A DNA stretch of 64,000 nucleotides, from positions 92,628,001 to 92,692,000 of the forward strand of contig OX597821.1 of assembly GCA_951406725.2 (NCBI GenBank). Reading direction: 5' to 3'. A program made the translations under genes and the position numbers. The stretch is from Octopus vulgaris (lineage: Eukaryota). Below, in pieces: positions 25,542 to 40,440 of the stretch; position 1 is the first letter of the stretch, and the number at the start of each line of letters is the position of its first letter. The notes beneath the pieces were generated by a model. It was not told where the DNA came from. It saw nothing but the letters and a program-made list of their open reading frames with translations, and searched no databases.

Positions 25542-25667
25542 CATATATATATACATATATATATGAGTGTATTTAGGTAAGGATTATATCTTCAAATATA
25601 GACAAGTAGCTATAATTATCGATCTATCTTTCCCTAACACTCTTTTTCTGTTTCTCTCTCTTTCACT

Positions 25668-25713
<46 letters not shown>

Positions 25714-25830
25714 CAAAGAGATAGGAAGTAAATAACAAAATCCAGGTAGACTACTACCAGTCATATACACATATTTTATTTATATTTTCATATATATATA
25801 TATGCACATAGACATATGCACTCACTTGCA
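25160..25830. repeat. Compound (TATG)n/(TATC)n/(TA)n/(CA)n microsatellites
   Basis: Direct reading. Confidence 0.95.
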
Positions 25831-26763
25831 CATGTACACATTCATATAAAAATCACATTTATTTCTCTAAGTGTGTATATTTTTGTCTTGGGTCATTATA
25901 TTTGTTTTCACATATAGTTTGAGATATATTTTTTTTCTACATGTATGGAAATATATATATATATATATATATATTTATGTCTATTTTATTTTATACTTGT
26001 TTATATGAATACATGTCTATACCTATGAAAGTGATGCACATGTGCATATGACTATACATTTATACCTATTATTTCAGTATATGCTTATATGAATATATAC
26101 AGATGTTTGATTTTATATAATTACTTCATGGTATATATCATTTATCACTTCTGTATTTCAGTTACTCTTCTAAAAACTTTACTACATAATATTCTCAGCT
26201 ATTTTTTTCCTATTTCATTTTCTATTTTCTAAATTAATTTTTTTATAATTATTTTGTACATTTTCTCACATTTCCTATGCTATTAATAATCACTTATTAT
26301 TCACATTGTTTTTATTCTAATACATTTATTTATGTTTTATACTTACTTATTTGAATTTCACCAAATTTAAAGACGTGGGATTTTTCATATATATTTTTAT
26401 GTATTTTTATTTTTCCTTCTTCCATTAAGCTTGATGTATTATGAATCTGTTGCTTCATCGATAATGAAAGAAATTTCACAATAAATATAGCTTACTTTAT
26501 GTTAAAATAGTTTTTGATATTACCTGCTTATTTTTCAACTTCTAATGTCTTTGATTGTAACTTTGAATAGTAGACAACATGTCCGAATTATTTTCACAAG
26601 TAATTTTTTACAAGAGAAAGGAAAAATCAAGTTTTCAGGGTGAGTTCATTTGCAGTCAATGTTGCATTAGCATTTACTATTGTTATTTAGCTTCAGTTTA
26701 TTCTTGACTCATTACATCAGTGTTTGACAGTAATGGTGTTCCAATAATAACTATTTAGACTTT

Positions 26764-27320
26764 ATCATCATCGTCATCATCATTTAACGTCCGCTTTCCA
26801 TGCTGGCATGGGTTGGACGGTTCAACTGGGGTCTGGGAAGCCAGAAGGCTGCACCAGGCCCAGTCTGATCTGGCAGTGTTTCTGGATGCCCTTCCTAACG
26901 CCAACCACTCCGTGAATGTAGTGGGTGCTTTTTATGTGCCACCGGCACAGGTGCCAGACGAGGCTGGCAAACGGCCATGATCAGATGGTGCTTTTTATGT
27001 GCCACTGGCACGGGGACCAGACAAAGCTGGCAACGGCCACGGTCGGATGGTGCTTTTTATGTGCCACCAGCACGGGGACCAGACGAAGCTGGCAACAGCC
27101 ATGATCGGATGGTGCTTTTTATGTGCCACTGGCACGGGGACCAGACAAAGCTGGCAATGGCCATGGTCGGATGGTCCTTTTTACGTGCCACCAGCACGGA
27201 GGCCAGTCGGGCAGCACTGGCTATGGCCACATTCGGATGGTTCTCTTACATGCCACCAGCACTGGTATCACAGCTACAAATTCCATTGATGTTGATAGAT
27301 TACGATTTTGATTTTCACTT
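26764..27320 (-). mobile_element. Family D retroposon with internal ~62-bp tandem array (6 cores)
   Basis: GGTGCTTTTTATGTGCCA-type cores at 26924, 26987, 27049, 27111, 27173, 27239. Confidence 0.9.
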
Positions 27321-28824
27321 GCCTCATTTTTATTAAATCTCAGATGCAGATATAACTGTGAAGTTATGACTTTTGTTATGATTCCACTGGGCATGGGTCT
27401 TCCGTTCAACAGTAGCCTCAGTTTGACCAATGCCTTGTAAGTGGAAATGAGTAGAGTGAAACTGCAGAGATGTGATGGTTCAATAAAAAAGAAACCAATA
27501 CAATAAATACAGGACTTATAAGTACTAGGGTGGATTTCCTTGACCAAACCCTTTCAGGCAGTGCCCCAGCATGACCACAGTTCACCAGCCATGGCTGCTT
27601 TCTAACTTTGTTCTTACTTTCAAGGACTTGACATGCACCCATATAGGTATTTCCCTGATCGATAGCAGAAATATGATTCCATACCCCATTTAGAACTTCA
27701 TTCAGCTATTAATTTTATGCAAATGAAATTCCAGTGCCTCAGTCTCAAAACAGAAATAAATCAGCTTCCTTTCTGCCTATTGTTTGATAACCTCCACTTC
27801 AAACACACTCACGCATACCACCAGGCAAGGAGACATTCACTTTAGTGACACAGCACTGCCATCTTATTTGTTAAAAAGTTATTTTTTGATCTAATAAAAG
27901 TGTTATACATTTACCTGAGTTTGTTCTCTCTCTCTCTCTCACTCTCTCTCTCTCTCCCTCCCTCTCTCCCTCCCCCTCTCTCTCTCTTTCTCTCTCTCCC
28001 TCTCCTCTCTCTCTCACCCTCTCTTTGTATTCTATTGTTATGTTGACTAGCATTTAGCAGGGCATTTCTGGTTCTTCTAAAACGAGAAGCAATATTGAAA
28101 TTGATGTAAACTTTTAGAATACAAATATATTTAAAGCATACCCTTTTTGTTTATTCTTGTTACAGGGATGAAGTTTAATACATTTTGAAGGATCCACTGT
28201 TTGAAAATAATCCAAAGACAGAAAATTCTTCATGCATAAACTTGGCTAAAACCCAATCTTTTAGAAGCAGATTGACAACATACCCATTCATGCCAAAACA
28301 TTGTGATGTTGATGACAATGATGAGGATGATGGTGATGATGATGGTGACGATGATGATAATTGCTTAGTATCCGCAAAGTTCTCATACACACAATTCACT
28401 GAACGTTAAACACATAAGAATTACCAAACATGTCATGCTGGAGAAAGTTTTACAAGAATGAAGAGAAAATTATTGAAGACGTAATTCAATGAATGGATTA
28501 GAATTTTTAATATTGTATGAAATGCGAATAAAATAATATAACACACACGATAAGTAAAACAATTTAGATGTAATTTAGAAAACATTCAGAATCATTCTCT
28601 CAGTGGCTAGGTACTGATATCCACCCCGCTATCCAGGTCTACTATCCATCACTTTGCACGGAGTTCTGATACACTCCTAGACACTTGTTGACATTTTTAT
28701 CATTAATATATTTTTTCAGTCAGATGGATTAGGAAATCCCTTCATGCTTGGGTCCACTTTCTTTTAAGTATTCATAATATCCAAGGGAGCATTTTATCAG
28801 TATCTTCTCTTATTTTATTTTTTT

Positions 28825-29041
28825 TTTTTTTACTTGTTTCAGTCATTTGACTGCGGCCATGCTGGAGCACCGCCTTTAGTCGAGCACATCGACCCCAGGA
28901 CTTATTCTTTGTAAGCCTAGTACTTATTCTATTGATCTCTTTTGCCAAACCGCTAAGGTACGGGGACGTAAAGACACCAGCATCGGTTGTCAAGTGATGT
29001 TGGGGGGACAAACACAGGCACACAAACATATACACACACAT

Positions 29042-29136
<95 letters not shown>

Positions 29137-29143
29137 GACATAT

Positions 29144-29187
<44 letters not shown>

Positions 29188-29307
29188 GACGGGCTTCTTT
29201 CAGTTTCCGTCTACCAAATACACTCGCAAGGCTTTGGTTGGCCCGACGCTATAGTAGAAGACACTTGCCCATGGTGCCATGCAGTGGGACTGAATCTTGA
29301 ACCATGT
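28825..29307 (-). mobile_element. Family A SINE, 5'-truncated, expanded internal (TA)n
   Basis: Reverse complement of 14913-15368. Confidence 0.85.
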
Positions 29308-30689
29308 ACTACATAACTAAACTACATAACATTCCGAAAATAATGATGCTAGGCACTACATACATATTATGTGGAGTGCTCTACTTTCAATACAGTAAAA
29401 ATAACAAAACAAAAACAAACACACCACATATCCAAGGCACACAGAGCAGCATTTGGTAGGCCTTGAAAGCAGTGCAGTGAAAGTACACAATATAGAATGA
29501 GACACCACCTGTGACCAACTTTTCAAAGATAGTTTTTTTCTTTGGCCATTTATGTACCATATTGGCTATGCTTCTCATAAGTTAATTCCACTTCCATCTA
29601 TCCGAAGATCAGGTTTGAACAAGAATCCGAGCACTTTTTTCCATGAAGCGGATGAACAAAGACTTTCTCTTCTAGATGCTAAGCAGCAAATCTGTCAACC
29701 CGCTGTGAATAAATCATATTTTGCTGCCAACTATTATTTCTTATAAGCTGTGACAACCACCACAGAAATAATAAAGGTGGTAATAAATAACATGTAAATT
29801 TAAATGACATTTTAATCATAGCTTTGTAATTAAAATATAAATAATTTTGATTAAATTTGCTAATTTTAAAATTACATTGTTGTAAAAAATGGAAATTGAA
29901 TGGAAAATAATTCAAAGTGTATCAGTATCTTTATAAGTATCTCTACACATCAATATGCATATACACACATGTACACTCACATTTTCTCACACACTTACAC
30001 AAATGTATGTGTGTGTGAGTGAGTGTGTGTGTGTGTGTGTAGCTGCACACATATAATCAAATGCAGAATATATATTTATATTTATGTATGTAGTGTATAA
30101 TATATGTATATATATATATATATATATATACACTCAGAATATATACACATTACATATATGCACATATACATACATATATATGTATGTTGCATGTATGTAT
30201 ATATATATTATATATATGCACACACATATATATTCACACATAAATCACATAAATGGTTGTATATAAATGTATGTGTGTGTATATAAAACCCAAGAGTGAT
30301 ATATTCTAACATACAAGTTTTATTATTTTTAATTACTGACTATGTAATTGTTGTCAATACAAGCCAGTGTATACCAAAGAAACATTTTACTTTAATTAGG
30401 CAAGCCTGTTGTAATTATTTTCAGAACAATGTAAGTATTACGTGATGTCTAACATTGCTATTTATGGTAGCTTTACTGCTCGTGTTAATTTTCGTTAATT
30501 TTCTTTACATCTTCCTGTGATTTCCAAAACAATTTTGCAACAATTTGTAGCAGTTATTGTTTCTCTATTTATTATGTCTTTGCAAACATTCTTCTTTTTA
30601 TTGCATGTTTCACTATGTTAGCAAGTGCAGCTCAGTGTGCCTTGAGTATTTGCAATGTTTTGATTATTATTCTTTATACTTTTAGGTTT

Positions 30690-31480
30690 ATATTAGTATT
30701 TTGACTTTTCTCTATGTAATATTATTTTTTCCTGTGGCTTGTAGTGTTGTTTTCTGTATGTTATGCTTATTTGTAAGTCCTGTGGTTTTCATTGTATTCT
30801 GTCTGCATGTTTGGCTTTTCTTTTTTTTTTTTCTTTTATAAACTATTATTTCTGCTGAAGTCAATACATTCTAGTTATCGCTATTTACAAATCTTTTCAT
30901 TTGGATAACTTTTACATTTCTTTTAGAGATACAATATTACCTTTTGGGACCAATACTTTGATTAGAAAGTATTTCCTTTCTTTCTGATCCTTAACAACAA
31001 TATCTGGTTGATTATCCTTGATCTCTGTATCTGAACTGGTACAGCCCTGAATACAGATGTTTTGAGAGACAGTTTTAATGCATGTTTTTATCACATCTTT
31101 TTTTTGCTTCTACTTCATAATGCTGGCATGGCATCTAGAGTCTGAGAAATACAAGTCTGTTATGCTTGTAGATGTATTCTTTCTTAGTTAAGATTAAGCA
31201 ATTAAAAACAGTGGGGTTGATTGCTTCTTCCTTAACCTCCACATATTCTTCAGTTATTTAGTGTATGTTTTTGGTGGTTTTTGTCAGGAAGGTTTTGATC
31301 TCGTACCACAATAAGAATCCTTGAGTCTCAGCTTTGTGTCCAGTACTTCTCAGTAAGTTTTGCTATTGTTCGTTACGTATTTTGATTCTGTTTGGCTTTT
31401 TCAAATACTGACCATACAGAAGCTTTCTTTTCTTCTTATGATCATTGCTTTTGTATAATATATTCTGTAGCTCCATTTTA
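30690..31480 (-). pseudogene. Degenerate R4/Dong-clade LINE, restriction-like endonuclease (RLE) region
   Basis: NQPDIVVKDQKERKYFLIKVLVPKGNIVSLKE resembles the RLE 'RPDIVV...LIDV' motif. Confidence 0.75.
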
Positions 31481-31686
31481 TTTAGTTTTTAGGTTTTTAA
31501 TCATCCTCATCCTCATCCTCATCCTCATCCTCCCCTCTTTGTCCTCTACTCTTCAAACTCCCCTCCTCGTCTTCCACTCTCCTTCTTTTCCTCACCACCA
31601 TCATCATCATCACCATCACCATCACCTTCATCACCATCATCATCATCATAATCACCATCATCATCACCATCATCATCATCATCATC

Positions 31687-31719
<33 letters not shown>

Positions 31720-31772
31720 GTCATCGTCGTCGTCATCGTCATCATCATCATCATCATCATCACCACCACCAC

Positions 31773-31999
31773 CAATGCTAAGGGGACAAACACAGTCACA
31801 CAAGCACATACACACATATATACATACATATATACGACAGGCTTCTTTCAGTTTCTGTCTACCAAATCCACTCACAAGGCATTGGTCGGCCCGGGGCTAT
31901 AGCAGAAGACACTTGCCCAAGATGCCACGCAGTGGGACTGAACCCGGAACTATGTGGTTGGTAAGCAAGCTACTTACCACACAGCCACTCCTGCGCCTC
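31773..31999 (-). mobile_element. Family A SINE, 5' half
   Basis: rc GGCGCAGGAGTGGCTGTGTGGTAAG head. Confidence 0.85.
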
Positions 32000-32555
32000 A
32001 TGTAGTATATATTCTGGATCTTTGTGTCCTGAGTTCATATTTCATGTAGATCAACTGTACCTTTCATTCTTCCAGAGGTGATAAATCAAATATTGGAATG
32101 AATTTAAATGACTAATGCTTCACCATCCTGCATCCGCTCCACCTCCTCCCCTTCTTCATTATCAGCATTTAATGTGTGTCTCCCATGCAGGAATGGGTTA
32201 AATAGTTTTACAAGATCTGTTGAGCCGGAGGACTGCATTGAGATCCATTGCCTGTTTTGGCATAGTTTCTATGGTTGAATGTACTTCCTAATGCCAACCA
32301 CTTCACAGAGTGTACTGGGCACTTATTTTTGTTTTGCGGAACCAACTCTAATGAGGCCACCAAGTAATTCACAAGTCAAGATATGACCCCCTTGATTGAG
32401 TAGGGGGTGTAGTATTGATGAAGATGGCTTTGTGCCAGGTGTTGAGGGGTGAATAAATGATAGACAAGGTAGGAACAAGTGTTTTGCTGTAGAGGAAATA
32501 CATGAATACCCCAGCATAGAAGAGAGGAAAGAGATGACGGTGATGATGATTTTAC

Positions 32556-32788
32556 AGGTAGCAAGCTGGCAGAAACGTTAGCACGCCAGGCGAAATGCGT
32601 AGCCGTATTTCGTCTGCTGTTACGTTCTGAGTTCAAATTCCGCCGAGGTCGACTTTGCCTTTCATCCTTCCAGGGTCGATTAAATAAGTACCAGTTATGC
32701 ACTGGGGTCGATGTAATCGACTTAATCCATTTGTCTGTCCTTGTTTGTCCTCTCTGTGTTTAGCCCCTTGTGGGTAGTAAAGAAATAG
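32556..32788 (+). mobile_element. Family C SINE, full length
   Basis: GCTGGCAGAAACGTTAGC head, GAGTTCAAATTC B-box, Nin-like core, GCCCCTTGTGGGTAGTAAAGAAATA tail. Confidence 0.9.
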
Positions 32789-33384
32789 GTATTTTGTCTG
32801 ATGAAGTTACCTCTAGAAATTCCTCAGTACAAGGTTGGTTGGTACAATATATTGATCTCAGTTCAATGAGAGAGTTCATATGGGGTTGCTTGAAATGCTA
32901 AAAATAACAGTCAAGTTTACTATAAATCAAATCTTACTTATTAAATAATGGTGAGGATTTGGGGATATGGTAGATTAAGGGAATCATGGCTAAAATGTCT
33001 GTGATCACAGATCAGAGTTGAATTGGGGCTAAACATTTATAATAACATGACAAACAACAACAACATAAAAAATCAGCAACAACCACAACCTGCAGTCAAA
33101 ATCCAACAGAAACACCACTGACGAAAACAACAACAACAACAGTTATAATCTCTCTCCTTGACAATAAATGGCCTGGCACCTAATCAGAATAATTTCAATA
33201 TTTCATACTAATTCATGCAAGGAAGAGTTAGTTAAGCAGTACACAGATTTCATAAACAAATTACAACTCACAATCCAGTCTACATTCTGTTCCTCCAAGC
33301 CTTTGTAAAAATCCCACGAGAAAGCAAAAATATGAAATAATGTCATTTCCATCTTCTATAAAACTTACAATCACTTTCCTTCTT

Positions 33385-34400
<1,016 letters not shown>

Positions 34401-34738
34401 TTTATATTCCTGAAGTTAGAAATCTAATATTTTTCTATCAGTTCAACTGCAGATGTCATAATTTCCATTTACCATCTCCCTTTTATTTTCAGATATCCTC
34501 GGAATATACTTGGATCACAACGAAAAAGCAAAGTTTTATATGAGTGCATTGGAGATTACCATTTCTTTTAATTTTGATCCTTTATTCATTTATATCCCAT
34601 GAGTCAATATTATCTAAAATAATATACCGCGTGTGTTTTTGCGAGTGTATTTATGCGAGTATTCCCCCGTGTGTGTGTGTGTGTGTGTGCGCGTGTGTGT
34701 GTGTGTGCGTGTGTGTGTTTGTGTGTGTGCGTGTGTGT

Positions 34739-34775
<37 letters not shown>

Positions 34776-34826
34776 CGTGTTTTCGCTTTCTGCTGTTCCG
34801 CCTTTCTCACTTGTTTTCCTTTCTAG

Positions 34827-34875
34827 AAATACCTAACCGTTTTATGTGATATTCCCAAATGTAATTACATCAAAG
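34827..34875 (+). CDS. Candidate internal exon (KYLTVLCDIPKCNYIK)
   Basis: Pyrimidine tract ...CTCACTTGTTTTCCTTTCTAG| and donor AAG|GTAAGA; open frame; no homology recognised. Confidence 0.3.
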
Positions 34876-35064
34876 GTAAGAATATGTGTATGTGTGTGTG
34901 TATGTGTGTGCATGTGTATGTATGTGTGCGTGTGTAAAATAATATAATGTAATGCAATTTATGTCATATAAAATATATATTTATAATAAGCACACACACG
35001 CATATATATGTTATACTCACACATATATGTATATTCATAAATGTGTATGCATACACATGCATAC

Positions 35065-35097
<33 letters not shown>

Positions 35098-35491
35098 CAC
35101 ACATGCATGCATACATACAAACATACATGCATGCATACATGCATACATACATATGTGCATGCATACACATATATATTTGTCCCTTGAAAAGAACAAATAT
35201 GAATCTAACAGAAAACAAGTGACTAATTCATAAATATATAAATACACAGCTATATAAACTGAGAGATTTGTAAAGAGATAAATAAAATATTTCTCAGTAA
35301 AAACTGTCCCTTTTTCATATTTATTCTTGAGAGATTTAGATAAGGAAATTTATATGCAATGCAGTATTGATTTTATTATTAATTTTATTATTTTCAGGCA
35401 GTAGGATTGGCCTTGTGTTTAACAAAACGCTTTTTGGGTGCATCCCCTTTATTTTGTACCCAGACCCAAACAATGTCGACTTGGTCTTTAA

Positions 35492-36179
35492 CCCTTAGTA
35501 TTCCTATTACTCTATCAAATGTAATGCTTTTTTATCCACGTTGTTTGAAATTAATCCTGAATTACCTCATAGCTTTGAGATTTCAATGATGCAACTCTTT
35601 CTTTTTAGAATGACATTATAGGGCAGATGTGAGAAGCCAGATCTATCTGGTTTGCACAAAGGGAAATCGAAATCAAATTCGATGACTGGCATCCATACTA
35701 GTGGAGCGCTAAGAGCACCATCCAAGCGTGATCGTTGCCAAAGCAGCTAACTGGCTTCCATGCCAGTGGCACGTAAAAAGCACCTTTTGAGTGTGATCGT
35801 TACCAGCGTTGTCTTACTGGCACTTGTGCCAGTGGCATGTGAAAAAACATTTGAGCGACGTCGTTGCCAGTGTCACTGAACAGGCTCCTGTGCAAGTGGC
35901 ACATAAAAAAATAACCATTTGAGCGTGGCCGTTGCCAGTACTGCCTGACTAGCCATTGTGCTGGTGGCACGTATAAGCACCCACTACACTCTCGGAGTGG
36001 TTGGCATTAGGAAGGGCATCCAGCTCTAGATCAAATTGGAACCTGATGCAGCCATCTGGTTCGCCAGTCCTCAATCAAATCGTCCAACCCATGCTAGCAT
36101 GGAAAACGGACGTTAAACGATGATGATGATGACAGGTAGAATATTTTGACCTGATATAACCAGTTTAAATGCTAAATGG
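35492..36179. mobile_element. piggyBac-type MITE interrupted by a family D retroposon (35660-36132, +)
   Basis: TTAA|CCCTTAGTATT ... AATGCTAAATGG|TCAA ends; insert ends in (GAT)n. Confidence 0.65.
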
Positions 36180-36309
36180 TCAATCCTTCTAAAGACAATA
36201 AAACAAATAATGTCCCTGTAAAGTACAGAATTAATTTAATCCACTGTACTGTCTCTGAAAATTTTAAAGTTTGTGTTCATGTTAAAAAATTATCATTTGT
36301 AATACACAG

Positions 36310-36407
36310 GAACAAAAACTACATTAATGAAAAAATGTGAGGAGGAACAATTTCTTCCAATCGATAAAGAAAATAACGGAGAAATTCAAGAGAATGAAAT
36401 GGACTAA
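36310..36407 (+). CDS. Candidate terminal coding exon (GTKTTLMKKCEEEQFLPIDKENNGEIQENEMD*)
   Basis: ACACAG| acceptor; phase-compatible with 34827-34875; purine-rich open frame. Confidence 0.2.
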
Positions 36408-37074
36408 GATTCACCATTCATCGAAAATTGAACAGTTAGCCGACAAAATTGTGTGTATGTGGTGCCACGGATTTCCTGAAGAAGTTGATATGACACAAAA
36501 AGCCATAAGGTTCAAAATATCAACAACAGGCAAAAGATGAATATTAGTAAAATTAAAAATAAAATATTACAACGGATTTTGAAGAGATTACTCTCAAGAT
36601 GCTGGTGTGTTTCAACATCCGATGCTTAAAAAAATCTCATTGGTGCATTTGATTGCACTCGAATACAATTTGAGGAATGGTTAAGCGAACACATTCGTAG
36701 AGTTCTCTAATTTAATCAAACCAGTAATCTTTCAGGTTTACTTCCTTTAATTAAATTCTGTTTCTGTTGTGTTTTTCTTGATTTCTTTGCGTGTATGAAT
36801 GTATATTTATACATACATATATGTATATGTGTACCTGTTTATATGCATGTGTGTTTACGTGTGTCTAGTTTTAAAATGCTAAATATGTCCTTTCATATTT
36901 TGTGCAACGTCACACATTCTCCTCCCATATTCAAAAATATGATCTTCACATTTCACATCTTTCTTTCTTCGTAAACCCCAGAGAACATTTTTTTTTACTT
37001 TTGTATCTCTTCGATTTCGTGTTGTTAATAAAGATCATCATCATCATCATCATCATCATTATTATTTATTATTC

Positions 37075-37480
37075 TGAACAAAATGCTTAGCAACATTTCG
37101 TCCATGTTTATATTCTGAGTTCATATTTCACCGAGGTGAACATTGCCTTTCATTTTTTCAGGGTCGATAAATTAAGTACCAGTGAAACACTGGGGTCGAT
37201 GTAATCAACTAGATCCCTCCCCAAAATTTCAGGCCTTCTGCCCATTGTAGAAAGGGCACCAAGCTGGCAGAATCGTTAACATGCCGGGCGAAATGCTTAG
37301 CAGTATTTTGTCTGCCGTTACATTCTGAGTTCAAATTCCGCTGAGGTTGACTTTGCCTTTCATCCTTTTGAGGTCGATTAAATAATTACCAGTTACGCAC
37401 TAGGGTTGATGTAGTTGATATAATCCCTTTCTCTGTCCTTGTTTGTCCCCTCTGTGTTTAGCCCCCTGTGGGCAATAAAA
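37075..37480 (+). mobile_element. Two tandem family C SINEs
   Basis: Two Nin-like cores. Confidence 0.8.
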
Positions 37481-37491
37481 ATTTTTTATTT

Positions 37492-37532
<41 letters not shown>

Positions 37533-37536
37533 TTTA

Positions 37537-37642
37537 TTGCCTTTGCACAGCTTCTAACGCTGGAGATGTGCTACAGTGTCAGCTGTTCACTACCAGTGAA
37601 CTAAGGTAATAACTCTTATTTTTTGAGCACCTTCTGGAGTAT
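37537..37642 (-). mobile_element. R4/Dong-type LINE extreme 3' end
   Basis: Homologous to 49776-49885; followed by (TAA)n on minus. Confidence 0.7.
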
Positions 37643-37643
37643 T

Positions 37644-37928
37644 TTTCTTCTTCTTCTTCTTCTTCTTCTTCTTCTTCTTCTTCTTCTTCTTCTTCTTCTT
37701 CTTCTTCTTCTTCTTCTTCTTCTTCTTCTTCTTCTTCTTCTTCTTCTTCTTCTTCATCCTCTTCTTCTTCTTCTTCTTCATCTTCTTCTTCTTCTTCTTC
37801 TTCTTCTTCTTCTTCTTCTTCTTCTTCTTCTTCTTCTTCTTCTTCTTCTCTTCTTCTTCTTCTTCTTCATCTTTCTCTTCTTCTTCTTCTTCTTCTTCTA
37901 CTTCTTCTTCTTCTACTTCTTCTTCTTC

Positions 37929-37959
<31 letters not shown>

Positions 37960-38111
37960 CCTTCTTCGACTCCTCCTCCTCCACCTTCTTCTGTTGCTTT
38001 TCCTTCTGCTTCTTCTTCTTGTTCTTTTTTGCTATTATTATTTATATGGTTGTTGTCATCCTCATCCTCATCCTCATCCTCACCATCATCATCATAATCA
38101 TTGCTGCAAAT

Positions 38112-38160
<49 letters not shown>

Positions 38161-38170
38161 TAGTAGTAGT

Positions 38171-38223
<53 letters not shown>

Positions 38224-38237
38224 CAGCATCAGTAGTG

Positions 38238-38274
<37 letters not shown>

Positions 38275-38290
38275 CAGCAGCAGCAGCAGC
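37644..38290. repeat. (TTC)n ~320 bp followed by (GCA)n/(GTA)n
   Basis: Direct reading. Confidence 0.98.
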
Positions 38291-38749
38291 TGTAGTTGTT
38301 GAGGCTGATGTTGTTGGGTTTTCGTGGTGAATACCGTTTATAATAGAATCCAGTCTGTGGTGTGTTGTGTTGTTTCTTGACTATTGAGATTCAGGGTGTC
38401 AGATCATAGCAAAATACACGTATGACGAACACAATGAAGTAAAAAGGCATTGAACAATACTGAGTACTAGATAATGGACTCAATCTTCAACTCAATTTAC
38501 TACCTCAAGGGATTTGCAGGACAAAACCCGGGAAGAATAGCCAAAATTAGCACACAAAGAGGAACTTCATTCAGTACAATGAAAGAGTTCTAATGTCTGT
38601 TTGTTCTCTTTCTTTTGTGTTCATTTATTCTTTTCTTTTCTTTTCTGCTATCTACCAGTTCTCTTTTCAATAATAATAATACACTGTTTTATAAAAGACT
38701 TGATACATCGCTGTGTTGTTAGCTCATAGTCTGTATACTAGTGTACTTG

Positions 38750-38856
38750 CATGTGAGTATGTATGTGTGTATATATATATGTATATATATATATGTATAT
38801 ATATATGTATATATATATGTATATATATATGTATATATATATACATATATATATAC

Positions 38857-38927
<71 letters not shown>

Positions 38928-39065
38928 CATGCATATATATTCGTATACATATGTGGCTTATGTATATATATATATATATATATACATACATATACATACA
39001 TATATATATATAAATATACATGCTTAAATATATACATACATACACACTGATATACTTGCATGCAC

Positions 39066-39110
<45 letters not shown>

Positions 39111-39167
39111 CATATATATATATATGTATGTATATACATGCATATATATTCATATACATATGTGGTT

Positions 39168-39216
<49 letters not shown>

Positions 39217-39315
39217 ACATCATCAGATTTAATGTCCATTTTCCATGCTGACATGCATTGGACTGTACATGCATGCATGTATGTATATATGTATGTGTGT
39301 AAGTATGTATGTATG

Positions 39316-39346
<31 letters not shown>

Positions 39347-39370
39347 GTATGTATGTATGTATGAATGCAT
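38750..39370. repeat. (TA)n/(TATG)n field with internal ~210-bp-period duplication
   Basis: GCATATATATTCRTATACATATGTGG near 38931 and 39140. Confidence 0.9.
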
Positions 39371-39785
39371 GTATATAGGCATAGGCATATTCATGTGTCC
39401 AAAGGTTTCTTTTCATAGCCCCGGGGTCTACAGTTCATTCCTACCATATAATATGGTGGATAGGTGCTTTCTGAATAGCAGTATTTGAAAAGAATTAGCT
39501 GACATAAACTGAAAGAAGCCTCTTGCATATAAGCATGTGTGTGTGTGTGTGGCTTGACTTGTGTACTACAAGGAAACAAGATCACTGTCATTATTCTCAA
39601 TCTGCCACAAAAACATGTCCAGTCATTGAGCCATTCCTTGTTTGAAGAATTAGGAGGAAGATTACCATATTGTGGACCAAATAATTAACTATATATTAAT
39701 TGGTAAATTCAGTAATGAAAGTAAAAGAAGACTTCTCCTCACATATATGTGGCAAGTATTTATATATAATTCATACTCCTTTATA

Positions 39786-40198
39786 GGCACAGGAGTGGCT
39801 GTGTGGTAAGTAGCTTGCTTACCAAACACATGGTTCCGGGTTCAGTCCCACTGCATGGCACCTTGGGCAAGTGTCTTCTACTATAGCCTTGGGATGACCA
39901 AAGCCTTGTGAATGGATTTGGTAGACGGAAACTGAAAGAAGCCTGTCGTATATATGTATATGTAACTATGTGTGTGCTTGTGTGTCTGTGTTTGTCCCCC
40001 CCCCAACATCGCTTGACAACCGATGCTGGTGTGTTTATGTCCCCATATCTTAGCGGTTTGGCAAAAGAGACCGATAGAATAAGTACTAGGCTTACAAAGA
40101 ATAAGTCCTGAGGTCGATTTGCTCGACTAAAGGCAGTGCTTCAGGATGGCCACAGTCAAATGACTGAAACAGGTAAAAGAGTAAAAGAGTAAAAGAGT
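39786..40198 (+). mobile_element. Family A SINE, full length
   Basis: Head, CORE-like box, (AAAAGAGT)n tail. Confidence 0.9.
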
Positions 40199-40276
40199 AC
40201 TAATAAAGTTACTAATATTAGGTATTGGTATGTGGATATATGTGTCTACATACGCCTTCAGTATTTGAGTGTTTTA

Positions 40277-40440
40277 CATCATCATCATCATCATCATCAT
40301 CATCATTTAGCGTCCGCTTTCCATGCTGGCATGGGTTGGATGGTGCAACTGGGGTCTGGGAAGCAAGAAGGCTGCACCAGGCCCAGTCTGATCTGGCAAT
40401 GTTTCTACGGCTGGATGCCCTTCCTAATGCCAACCACTCC
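40277..40440 (-). mobile_element. Family D retroposon 3' fragment
   Basis: Shared body and (CAT)n tail. Confidence 0.85.

Noticed and set aside
26920-27270. Regularly spaced palindromic repeats resembling a CRISPR array
   Set aside because: The spacers are homologous to one another, the array lies inside a retroposon, and there are no cas genes.
28185-28409. 74-aa acidic ORF
   Set aside because: The acidic run is a (GAT)n microsatellite, and the best upstream acceptor is followed by an in-frame stop.
32792-32830. CTGATGA...GAAA...TC hammerhead-like spacing
   Set aside because: Stems II and III do not pair.
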